The notes beneath the pieces were generated by a model that was not told the DNA's origin, did no database searches, and saw nothing but the letters and a program-made list of their open reading frames with translations. Shown here piece by piece: positions 53,001 to 64,000 of a DNA stretch of 64,000 nt. Origin of the DNA: Balanoglossus misakiensis (taxonomy: Eukaryota > Animalia > Hemichordata); contig CM082589.2 in NCBI GenBank assembly GCA_040954595.2, positions 4,044,213-4,108,212 of the forward strand. Direction: 5' to 3'. Positions within the stretch are counted from its first letter, which is position 1; every line of letters starts with the position of its first letter. The position numbers and the translations under genes are program-made.

Positions 53001-53785
53001 GTAGTTTCTGAGATCTGAGATTTGCATTTTTTCAGAAAATCCAATATGGCCGCCAGGTCACGTGACTAATTAAAAATTCAAGGGTTCAATGCACGACTAC
53101 TCATTGACCTTGACCACTGTAGCAAGTTTCAGAAGTGTACCTGCAGCGGTGTCTGAGATCTAGAGCGACAAAGAATTGACACAAGAATAAAGAAAGAAAG
53201 AAAGAAGAAAGAAAAACCCCAACGAAACCAATAGGGCCCAAGCGCTGGCTTGCGCTTGGGCCCTAAAAACCCTTATTTGTGTAACGCTTACTGTCACTTA
53301 CAGATATCATTTGCGTGGTATGGCTTATTCACCTTCACCGTTGTTGTAGTCGTGAGTTTGATCTGTAGCGAAGTTGTTCGCTGTATATATCCAGAGGAAA
53401 GCAAGCGGGAGGTTAACCCCTTATTGCTGACACCTTATTTAAGGTAAGCAGAGCCCTAACACTTCCCTAACATATAGATATGCCTCGATCACCAAATCTC
53501 CAGCAATATTGCAATGCAACTGATTGTTAAAGGGTGTTTTTAAAACAAAACAAAAACAGGAAGATATATAATTCTTCGTTATTATTAGATGCATTATTTT
53601 AATAATTAGTAAGGTGTCCCAAATGAAAGACAACCTACAGATGGTAGTCGCCTTTAAAGTCGATTGTCTGTAGTCCCGCATATAGTTACATGAAGTGATA
53701 GAGGTAATAATTTGATTTCAGACCAAAGAACCGGCATCATGTGTCCAACAAGGAGAATGATGAAGTCACCACTTATCACCTGTGA
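47074..53785 (+). CDS. SLC5 sodium:solute symporter, SMCT/NIS/SMVT (SLC5A5/6/8/12-like) clade, ~581 aa, 15 coding exons
   Basis: Exons, phase-consistent and summing to 1746 nt: 47074-47198, 47384-47603, 47922-48039, 48220-48287, 48419-48570, 48788-48925, 49099-49184, 49360-49404, 50211-50311, 50433-50521, 50693-50835, 51101-51254, 51414-51516, 53304-53443, 53722-53785. Family motifs: FGTVDYIVF, SFVSAITVLG, TAYEYLGLRF, FYTTLGGISAVIWADVFQ, DPTVRFTF, QPAIQRF, PDQIVPFF, GALSSVSSSINSMATVT, GGPCGAVF, ISFAWY. An acceptor at 47053 implies an upstream non-coding exon. The orthologue cannot be assigned. Confidence 0.92.
51788..53265. mobile_element. Non-autonomous interspersed element, Helentron/HINE-like, in SLC5 intron 13
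   Basis: Subterminal GGGCCCAAGC at 51811-51820 is repeated in a perfect 14-bp terminal hairpin, TAGGGCCCAAGCGC-tggctt-GCGCTTGGGCCCTA (53232-53265). Internal direct repeats: agtaggtcaaaggtca x3 and aaaatccaatatggccgcc x3. An (AAAG)n tract lies near the end. No transposase ORF. The superfamily assignment is inference. Confidence 0.7.
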
Positions 53786-54406
53786 AGTTACAGACGATGG
53801 AAAGGGGAAATAACAACGAACGACACAAGTGACGGGAAACTCCCGATTTTAAATTTTGTACACGTATAACTTACTGTAAATATGAAAAGGTTTCCCTGAG
53901 TTAGAAATTGTATAAATAACTTTTTTTTTCTTGGTGTTGTTAGTCAGCGTCTCCATAAACCGAAAGCTAGCGAGAAAAGCGCCCATAGGCCACAAATTTT
54001 CAGGTCAGCTACATGTATGTAAGGTAACTTTCACTGGAGCAGTATGGACTATAATTTTCTCTTATATTGATGAAGAATAATATTCAAGCGCTTATATACA
54101 CATAATGACCGTTCTTAGTATTGTTAATCCAGGTTTCCCTGACGTGACAACTCATTAACTGTCACTGATTATGTAGTAGGGTATTTACATGTATTACACA
54201 TGATTATACTTGTGTTGCCCCACCAGTATTCTATATATGAACTGTTTGTCCTTTCCGGAGAGAGAGAAGGTTATGTCAGAGCTGTCGCCTTAAAGACGGT
54301 ATTCAGCCTCTTTTATTTCACGACCGAGTGAGCTATGTTGGTGGAAGCCCAGGCGACCAACACACGCTTCAAGTCCAAACACAATACCGCTGCGCCGTAG
54401 AATCAT

Positions 54407-56881
54407 TCAAAAGCTAGTGGTCTGAATTTTGGGTCCGAGCAGCCAGTTGTTGCCCCCGTTCGCCATCGACGGTCCGAGAGATGTGAAGTCGTGCTGCCAG
54501 ATTGGTTCGCCCTTCTGAGGATGTGGGTGTGGCAGTCTGCTGGGCTGGTGGTGATGATGGTGTCCATTCGCCTGTTGCGTGAATTGCTGGTTGACAAACT
54601 CGGTTGATGGTCGCGGTGATTTGTAGAACACGTTCTTCTGCTCTTGGAGCGCCTTGGCCAGCTTGGCCGCCTGCGCTTTCGATGCTGCTGCGGCGGATGC
54701 CTTATCTGCCACAAAGCTGCAAGAAACACGACGACACTGTATCAGCAAACAGTTCAACATATGATTATGACCAACATGTTTTGATGAGTATCTGTTGGAT
54801 GAACAACTTTCACGGCCCTTCACTGACTGCGGCCTCGGTTCTCCCTGCCTCATATTCTTGACGGCGTGCAGTCAAAAAGACCGTGGCTCTGAAAGGGTCT
54901 ACCGGCAAGACTGATGGGCTTGGCGTCAGGCGATGCCCCAGCAGGAGGTTTGGAGAAATCGACCAATGGGGAGAGTTCACTCACTCACCTGACCACAGCA
55001 GAGGCTATTGACAATACGCCAATGACGGCGGCAGCTGCGCACAGTATTCCGATAACAACATCTGCGAACAGAATGCACAAAGGGAAGTGAAACGCTTCAT
55101 CTACATGAACCTGTATTGCTTGCCGCGTACACGCTTGCCGCATTTCATCGGCCTTTACTGTCGCTGCTTGAACCACGTTTACAGGTGCTTTATCTGTAAC
55201 GTGCGAGACGCTTTTTGTTTGTTTGGAGACGAGGCAATTGTCTGGGTTAGGTCAATTGTATTGGTCAGTAATGTAGCTCAAGGCAATTAAATATTATACC
55301 AAATGACATTTTACTTACATATTCCAGGAGGAAGGTATGGTGTTTCTGTGTACAAACAGGAAACAAATGCATCACATAAAAGTTGGAATTGTACTAGTCA
55401 CGGTAGCTGTTATTTCTGAGGGGTCTTATTTAAGTATTCATTAATTTTTGAAACATTATAAACACGCTTGTATGACTTGACTGATACCGAAACACGTGAA
55501 CTGTATTTTGTCATTAAATATGTAGTGATCTGTTCCTGCACCAGTGTGATATATAATCATGTGGTTTGGTTCTGTTTTGGTTTGGTTTGGATTGAGGTGT
55601 GGTGTGTATGTACCATAAATAATTGAAATACCCCCACTCTCATCCCCTGTGAAAACAAAGCTCACCATTTGCAGATTCAGTCGTTGAGTTAGTTGACCCT
55701 GTGCTGGTGGGAAGGGTACTATCATCTCGTCTCAGAGTAGTGTTCACGCTGTTCCACGTGCCATCTGTGGAATGGACGTTGCTGGACTGTGGCGCCATTG
55801 TTTCGCTGGCAGTGGTTGGTTGTGTGGCAGTAGGTTTTGTGGACACTATTTCTGATGGGCTGGTTAGAAGTGTTGTCACTAGTTTCTCTGTACTTCTTGG
55901 TAGAGTCGTCGTCTTTCCTTTAGTTGTGACTATTCGTTCAGTTGTTTTTCCGTGCGCACGAGTTGTGACAACTTCGTCTGTCGTTTGCTCTGCCTCTGTT
56001 GTTTTTTGTTCTGTAGCCATTGGGGGCGCAATATCTGTAGTCATTACTGTTGTGGTCCCCGGAATCGTTGTCTGGTCTGCCAGTGTCGTTTCCATCGTTG
56101 TTGGTTTTTGAGTGGTCGAGACACTCGAAGTAGATTCTGTCGATCTTTGATCGTTGGTTGTTTTGTCTCTCGTCGTTATAGGCTCTGTTGTGCTCGAAGT
56201 TGACATCATCGGCAAAGTACTTGCAGACAGCATTGTGGTTGTTATTGCATCCGTGGTCTCTGGCACTGTACTTGCAACCTCGCTCGTTGTCGCTCGAGAA
56301 GTAACAATCGTTGTTACTACCGTAGTTGTAGCAGCGGCGGATGACGGTGATACAGTTGATGTTCTGTCAGCAGTTGTCTTGTCCGTGGATATTCCAGGCG
56401 TCGTCTGTCTGGATGTCGTTGCTTCGATTGAAGAGACCTGGGGTCTAGTTGTCATCTTTGCTGTCGTTGACTCGACTGTGGTAAGACCGTCAGTGGTCAC
56501 CGCAGTCGTGGCAGAGTTTATCGTGATATCTGTCGTTTTCATCGGAGATGTTCTCTCCTGTGTCGACGTCATACCTTCCGACGTTTTCGCCCCTTCTGTC
56601 GTCGTTGCCATTGCCATTGCCGTTGACGCCCCTTCGCTCGTGATCGTCACCTGGGTTGTAACTGGCGATGGAACGTTCAGCGTCGTGGTGGGCAAGTCTG
56701 TGGTGAGCGTATTATTTTCAGTCGTGAAAACTGTATTTTCCCTGCTTGTTACTTCTGTCGACATCGGCTCCATGGTAGTGGTGCCTAAGGGAAGATGAAA
56801 AAATATAGAAACATTCTCTGATTATAAAACAAATAGGTGACGGCAAGGGTGGTTGGTGGTGGTGGTGGTGGTGGTGGTTGG

Positions 56882-56957
<76 letters not shown>

Positions 56958-58688
56958 AGTGGTCTTGGTGGTGGTACACTATTATCAATAAACAGTTCCA
57001 GACTTACCGAAACGAGGAGGAGGACTCAAACCAAAATCAGGAAGATCGCCTGAACAAGTGCAATTCAGTTCCATCACATGTCTCCCATAACAAAATTCAC
57101 ACATTCCAACTTGAACCTGTAAAACACAGGAATTGACAATGGCGTTATGTAATCGACAGTTTCTTGTGCATCTCGCTGGATTTAAACCTACAGTTCGAGT
57201 TCTTTATGCGTTGTTAGGTGTTGAACCCTAACCCGAACACACACACCCGGTAACTGGGCCACGGTAAGGTATGTGGACTTTTCGGTTTTCCTATAGCCTG
57301 ATAAGAGCACAGTAAACATCATATATTATTTTAAGTGGTGTTTTTTCGCACCACACCCTGCAAAATATTCACGTGCGTTTGGGTATTATTCAATTGGCTA
57401 TTTCGCACCACACCCTATGCACAATCGTCGAATTTAGCTGTAGCAATTTTCACACTTCAATTTCGCTATATTTCTTACATTTGGTTTACATATCCCACAA
57501 GGACAATGTCACGAACCCATGATGAACTTCGCACTCGCGACACAGCGCCCCCTTTAGCAGCTCACGCGTGACCTTGTGAAAGTGTGTCGCGTGGATAATT
57601 CACACCAGCAGCCTTTTGTGAACGTACACAGAGGGATTTCCCCGTTAGTTTCCCATGCGCAAATCAATTGTTACGGCGAATGTGAAGCCAACCGGCCGTT
57701 CTGCATGATATCACGGTCAGCCGTTCACCGTTCGTCTTTTGGGTTGCTTCTCCTCTCGTATTTCTTTGTTTGTTCACTCGTTTATATGGCGTGACACGAG
57801 AGGCATTAATGCATATGTATGTGTCATGTAGCGCCAACAAAAACACTTACATTTTTCATGCCAAATTTGTGTTTGGGTACTAGGTGTGGCTGCCAAGAAC
57901 ATGTCAGAATTCGCAGATTTATCGGGTTTTGCAGGTTCGTCTACGTGTGAACTCGCATATAGGCCTAATTTATTTTAAAATGTATATTTTTTACATAAAA
58001 TGTGATTGATGGCGTGTGATTTTTTTATTTTTACTTCCTGGTCGCCTGCAGTAAACGGACAAGTAAAATGCGCCTTTAATTTAGGACGGTTTCCATCTGA
58101 GTATAATCTACGTAAGGCGTCACATCCGACACTGAGGTTAGGCCTACACCTCTGAAAACATTGGATAATTTTCGAACCGTTTGCGAGATTCTAGCTTTTC
58201 GTGTATCAACTCCGCCCCTCTGCGCCATGGGGTCAGCATGGTGCAAAAGGGGTGTCAGCAGGAAATAGTCCGGTAGGCTGTTCTAACGACGACAAAAATA
58301 CCACGAAAAAAAATCTGTTTGATTTTAAAAGTCAATCTTGATTGAGTTAGCAATAATACCCTGTGATATGCTGCGTTGGTAAATTTTAAAATGCGTTGAC
58401 CTAGATCTGCACGACAGGTGTAAAAGTGTACATGTTAATATGCAGCGCTCGGCGTTCTATTTATAGAAGTAGAAGCCTAACGTATCTGTGGTCAAACGCA
58501 TTTTAAGAGCTGATAATTATAATGAAGCGGTTTTTGCGTCACTTACAATTAACGTAAACTATGACTAGTAATTGGTCGATAAAGCTAAGCATTTCAGGAC
58601 ATAGATCTCGACTTACCAGGACTACAATAATGAACACCAGAGTCTGAATGTGTAGCGCAGCTGCACCTGAGAGTCCGACAAAAACCAT
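54407..58688 (-). CDS. Orphan type-I transmembrane mucin A, ~569 aa (signal peptide, small Cys segment, Thr/Ser-rich stalk, TM helix, tail ending in PDZ-type motif TTSF)
   Basis: Minus-strand exons 58688-58617 (MVFVGLSGAAALHIQTLVFIIVVL), 57116-57008 (VQVGMCEFCYGRHVMELNCTCSG…), 56784-55666 (Thr-rich), 55345-55319 (27 nt), 55061-54989 (YVVIGILCAAAAVIGVLSIASAVV), 54716-54407. All GT-AG, phases 0,1,1,1,2, total 1710 nt. AATAAA on the minus strand at 54312-54317. Confidence 0.88.
56848..56973. repeat. (GGT)n/(GAT)n compound microsatellite
   Basis: Read directly; lies in intron 2 of mucin A. Confidence 0.95.
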
Positions 58689-60160
58689 CCTGGCGTTTTT
58701 CTCCACAAGTGCGCTTCGACACCAACTTAAAATCCACTTCCGTGTAGCCTTGTGGCTCGGACGGCACGGGATACCGACATCGCCAGAAACGCGACTCGAT
58801 GTACGAAGGCACAGACAAAAATAAACCTAGAAGGAAGTTATTAGTAGGCCGCAAATTCAAATGCTCCGTGTGAGTACACTTCACATTGTTCGCAATTACC
58901 CGAGGAGAACCCGAAGAACCTCGTTTTCACCGAATTCTTCAAATTCCAAGTTAATCTTCCTTCAGTACACTATGCCGTTTCAGTGGGTTAACGTTTCTCT
59001 GTCTGACCATTGGTCTGACTGACCGACTGACTGACTGACTGTCTCATTCCGTTTAATCGTGGTCCGGATCTCGTTTGGTGTACGGTAAACAACATTGCTG
59101 TATACTTCTGAGTGGTCGTTATTTGGCAGGTCAGTAAATCAAACTTGAAAACACGACAGTTTTGACACTTTTATTGTATTTGGTCATTTGCATGTTGTTT
59201 GGTGTCGGCAACAGGATTTCAGCAATGTGTATAGTTAAATTTACAAGATATTTTAAAATTTAAGTGATTCTTAATAACTCACTGATGTATTTGCTGATCG
59301 GCAATACATCATTCAATCTCACACTTTCCCCTGTTTTGTGTAGGGGGGGGGGGGGTCACACCCCTTGAAAATATTACTGCTATACATCAATACATTTTGA
59401 GCGGGAGTGTAAGTGACCCCTTTGACGGCTTGTCAACCAACGTTTATAATGTATTGGCCCTCTTCTAAATCTCAAGCTTTATGATTTCGCGCGAATAAAG
59501 CAAATCGTGGCCGATTTGACCCACTTCTAAGCCAGAGGCACCCAAACTCTCAACCCACTTCTGGGTAAATCTTGCGTGAAAAATGTTCAAAGTATATTCA
59601 AAGTAATTTATTCGAGATGTCCATTTATAATTATTTTTGGTCCACACTGATCCTTTGACAGCCCGTTAGTGTGATATTTTGGTCATGACTGCTTACAAAA
59701 TACATGTAATGAGAAAATACTGTGTTATGACGAGTTCATTAAAAGTTCAGCTTGACTTCGAATATGTTGGCAGTGAAATTAGTTGCATGTGTAGCCGCAG
59801 ACGTCGTTTTTAGTTGCTAAGTACTTACGGATTAGAAAAAAACACTAAATTCAATGGGTATAGATTTCGGGTATAGATTTCCAGGTTTTCCAGGAATTCA
59901 TTAATGTTTTTTTTTTTTACAAATGTTATGTTTACGTCGTTATTAGTATACTATGTTGTAATGATACAATTGTTGTGTGTGTTCAATCACAAACTTCTTG
60001 AGTAGGTTTTGCAGAAAAAATGGCAAATTTCAAGTTTATCCCCCTTGAAGAATGAGCGAAGTGTGAGGTTTAGTCTATCATATCTGCAGTGATGACAGGG
60101 TTGTTTTGTCGTCTTGTAATTACTGCAGGCGAGGTAGCACATATACGTGTACTTCTAAAG

Positions 60161-63134
60161 TCACCAATGTCTGGCTGCTCGACCGTAACGTGAGCTCGAG
60201 TCGTAGCGGGCTCCCTGGTCTGTGTACATGCCCAAACTGCGCGTGTCGTGCGGCATGTTGCGGAGACGCCGAGGGGGTGCGCTTGTCACCTCTCGAGCGC
60301 CGGGCGACAATCCCCGCTGTCCACCCCTGTTATCGTAGTGGTTATGGTCAGGTCTGGGATTCCTGTACGGCGAGTCGAACAAGCCCGGGTTTCGAGTCTG
60401 CCAGTGGTACTCGTACGGGTTTCCGCCGCTGAATTGCCAGTTCGAGGTACCGTCCGTGTACATGACTCTCGCCGGACTAGTAGCGTACCTGTCACTGTGG
60501 TGGGAACTCGGCTCGTAGACAGTTCGGTTCGGCCTCGGCCTGTCGAAGATATCCGCTTCATAGTCTGGAATGTTGCTCATATTCGCCCTAGTGTTACCCC
60601 TCTTCCCTTCCTCCGCATTGCTTGCGTTGTTTTCTGTCTTCTTTTCCCTCTTCGTCTTCTTTTTCTCTTGCTTGTCGGGTTTCGACTTCTCCCTTGTCTT
60701 TTGCCCAGTCCTCGCGCCCACCTCGTTCCGAGGTATGTATCCCATCTGCGCAAGTGGCGTTAGGGGGAGGTGGTCAGGTTTGTCCTTCGCTTCGTTGTCC
60801 TTGTCGGAGACGAGATTTTCATTGGAGCCCTTTTTGCCTGTCCGCCATTTCTGTTTACGCCTACAGAGACAAATGCAAGTCACAGCTCATTGTATTTTCG
60901 TGTTCTCCGACACAGTTGTATCATCATTGAAGTCTATGATGATGATGTCCTCTCACAGTAGCCCACCTTAGTTAATTCGTTATTTCGTTTAAATGCCCAG
61001 AAGTTGGCGATTGTAAATAATTGGAAACTTACCAACAATAACCGCCGAGCGTAATAGCAGCAGCGAGGGCTAGCACACCACCAACGACGGCTAGCACAGT
61101 CAACTTGCCTGTTGGGGGGGGGGGAAGAGAGACAGACAGACCACATGACCATAAGGTTACGTGCCATATAGTTGATTGTATGTATACAATATAAATTATA
61201 CACATTCAGCAATTATACTAAATATGATTAATTTACTACATTTCTTTATCGAGCTTGGTCCCTGAAAATAATCCCGTAAATCTAAACGAGTCCATCACCG
61301 GGTCAGAACAGCGTTTGTTTCAATATTGACCAGATATGGTTATAAATAAAAGCAAACTTACCTGAACCAGCTTCAATGTCATCATCTTGCTCTGAAAATG
61401 AAAAAAATACCAGTGATGTCACAATTCTAAAAACATGTCAGCTAATTGAGCTTTAACTTTCTCAACAACAAATAATTGAAATTGACTGCTCTATCTTGGT
61501 ATAAAATGAGAGTGAACTTTACCCGTCGACGTCACAACCGTGACGGTGTCGAGCTCACTTCGTGACGTCGTCGTCATCAATCTTGTTATCGTGGACTTGA
61601 GTGTTTCTGCTGTCTTGGTGGTGTCCGCGCGAGTCGTTCGCTCTGTACTCATTTCTTTTTTTGTCGTGGGAAGCTTTTCTGTAGTTTGGATGCTAGTTGT
61701 TCTTTTTGTGGTGGTCGTCGTCGTCATTTTTGGTGTTGACGAGATTTTGTCGGTCGTCGACGGCTGCGTATTTTCGGTACCACTGGTAACAGGAAGTGAC
61801 GTATCTGATGTTGTGATGACTGTGGTCGGCATGGCTGTTGTGTGAAAAAAATTATGGTAAGAAGATGTTATTTCTCATATTAGCCTGATTGGTTGATTGA
61901 ACGATTGCTTGCCACTCAGCGCATGCGTGATCATTCTAACTCACCCGTGGTCGTAGGAAGACATGGGTCTGTGCAATTTTCCATTGAAGGGGGACAAGGG
62001 AGGCAGAACATAGGAAGACGGGCACACGGTGTACAATTCAGTGTTTTTATGTCCAGGTTCCTTGTACTGTCACATGACACCCCGTCTTGCTTCACTGGAG
62101 GAAAGTAGTAGCCCTCAGTGTTTACCATCACAACGATCTGCGGAGACACGAAATTGACACCTTTCAAGTGACGTAAAAAGCGTAATGGTAGACTGCAGTA
62201 ATCAAGCTGTATCTCGCCAGTGATTTGTATCTTGATGTCAGAGAAGCAAACAATTCTCGTCCGCGCGTCTTGTGATTATTGGCCACCTTTTTAGTACATA
62301 TAATGCGCCCTCAGAGCCAACCACAACCAAGATCGAAAGAGAGTGCGATCATTGTGTGTAACTGACGTTGCAGGGCTGGGTGTTTTTGGAAAATAAAATA
62401 AGGTCACGCAGCAAGCGATGTTATGATGTGACAAACACTTCGAAATAAGGACACGGCAGTTGAATTGTGACCCCACAGCCTTTCTCAATATCTTAGACAA
62501 TAGCCGAACGATGACATCTTTACAGAACTATTTGCCGTGATCTCTGACTTACGCATGATTCGTGTCAATGATTCCTTCTGGGGCATATTTGCTTAACTGA
62601 CACATATTTTAACAAGATTTATTGTCTCTCGAGTCCACAAAGCTGATCTTTCTCAGAAAAGTAAACACTTGATATTGGTATTTTTATCTACATATGCGCC
62701 GAACATGTACATGCATATTTTATTTATTTTTTTATTTTCAAAACTGCAAACCGGCTATGTCAGCGTACTGCATATGTATGTCTATCTCGTTCGTTTCTAA
62801 AACCATAGACTCCCCAAAACGATTGATATGGTGAATACAATTTGGCTAAATATATCAGTATGGTTTAATTGACAACCAACAGTGTCGATCATCGTTCTTT
62901 CAGCATGGAACAGTCACGGCTTTATGACCACCACTTTGTATTCAGTGTTTGAATAGTAGGTGTGGTGGCGCTGGTAAAGGTTTTATCACATTTTCTCACG
63001 CACTGGGGAAATTTCAACAAAGAAAATGGCTGGAGTGCGTACACTCGAAAGTTTAGTTATTTTTCCCCGTCTCTGGTGTATCTGACAAAGTGTATGAGTT
63101 CCTACTTCGGCGTATGTCTGGCATTCATGGTTCA

Positions 63135-63169
<35 letters not shown>

Positions 63170-63649
63170 TTCTGTCATTTTGACAAGGGGGCTGGCATTG
63201 GCATCACACTTCAGGACTTCGTTTAATTTGCAGTGTATGTTCGTCAGATCGTGCTTCAAACGTCAAGAGACACTTGTCAGTGAACAGGTGCATTTTTTTC
63301 ATTCGGTTTCAGGAAATGGAAACCTGAAAAATCGATGGTATGGCCTGGGCAACTTTCAAAGCATTGTCACTGCTGCCATGGTAGCTTTTTCACAATCGCC
63401 GCTTACATGCATGGGAGCCCTAGGGGTCATACGGACCCGGAAACAACAAGAGAAAAAACAGTAGAATTGTTTTCGGTGTGATTAATTTCAAAATTCAAAA
63501 TGTCGAATATTGATCCTTGACTTTGAGAAGTAGGCGAAAAGTGTTCTGTAAACATGCCTTACCGTTGCCAGTAATTGCAGAACAATTTGAATCCAAACGC
63601 GGGACCTTGTCAATGGGCCACGGGCATTCCTAACGCACGGCACAGTCAT
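60161..63649 (-). CDS. Orphan type-I transmembrane mucin B, ~465 aa (signal peptide, 7-Cys segment, Thr-rich stalk, acidic Ser-Gly micro-exon, TM helix, long Lys- then Tyr/Arg/Pro-rich tail)
   Basis: Minus-strand exons 63649-63563 (MTVPCVRNARGPLTRSRVWIQIVLQLLAT), 62137-61945, 61834-61523, 61391-61362 (EQDDDIEAGS), 61108-61033 (GKLTVLAVVGGVLALAAAITLGGYC), 60860-60161 (WRKQKWR…). All GT-AG, phases 0,1,1,1,2, total 1398 nt. Confidence 0.88.
63135..63165. repeat. (TGTC)n microsatellite
   Basis: Read directly from the sequence. Confidence 0.9.
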
Positions 63650-64000
63650 CGTCGCACGGCTGTTCTCCAATAGCAATCAGAAGACTTCAAGCGGGGATCA
63701 ATTAACACCTGCCAAAACACTTCAACTTCATAACACGCGTTCCTAGTCACTCTGCGCCCATTCAATGTCAAATCAATGTGAATACACAGTAGCCGGACAC
63801 ATGCCTTAGGCGGAAGTAGTGACAATATACATGTATGTGACGCGGGTAATGACAGCTGTGGTATTGCTGTTAGGCTACTTCTCTGCGGGTCAAGGGTCGC
63901 TCAGTGAAGCAGGAGGGACAGTGGCGAAGATTTGTGTTATCGTTTCCAATGTAACTCTGAAGCGCTGTGTATGGTGAGTCCTTATTGAGTATATCCCTGT

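Noticed and set aside
55701-56798. Long Val-rich plus-strand ORFs (also 61540-61845 and 60248-60971)
   Set aside because: They are antisense shadows of the Thr-rich and tail exons of the minus-strand mucin genes.
56785-57053. Poly-His and poly-Asp ORFs
   Set aside because: They are translations of an intronic (GAT)n microsatellite outside the phase-consistent exons.
57346-57416. Direct repeat tttcgcaccacaccct occurring twice
   Set aside because: It may be a transposon subterminal motif, but I could not find a matching second end or target-site duplication.

Overview
Eukaryotic, AT-rich, intron-rich animal DNA; gene content and repeat style suggest a marine invertebrate deuterostome, which is inference only. 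I rebuilt the genes by hand from GT..AG boundaries with reading-phase checks. (1) At 4-147 (+) is the last exon of a gene with an intact GPS/GAIN autoproteolysis motif (CLCNHLTAF) that stops 30 codons after the cleavage site with no transmembrane helix. (2) At 1395-41831 (+) is a complete 23-exon, ~866-aa lysosomal 2Cl-/H+ exchanger, ClC-7 (CLCN7). Its first two exons, 17 kb apart, both encode [10 protein letters not shown] with only synonymous differences. It also has a U12-type minor intron, an Arg-to-Ser change at the conserved CBS2 'GLRH' site, and a 58-codon open frame after the stop. (3) At 47074-53785 (+) is a 15-exon, ~581-aa SLC5 sodium:solute symporter of the SMCT/NIS/SMVT type, whose glycosylated extracellular loop appears to have moved position. 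(4) At 54407-58688 and 60161-63649 (-) are two tandem orphan type-I membrane mucin genes with identical six-exon architecture and intron phases but very divergent sequences. The window also contains a recent nested 705/818-bp tandem duplication, a Helentron/HINE-like insertion, a small MITE family and microsatellites. I found no rRNA, tRNA or CRISPR features. Most entries in the supplied ORF track are intronic noise or antisense shadows.
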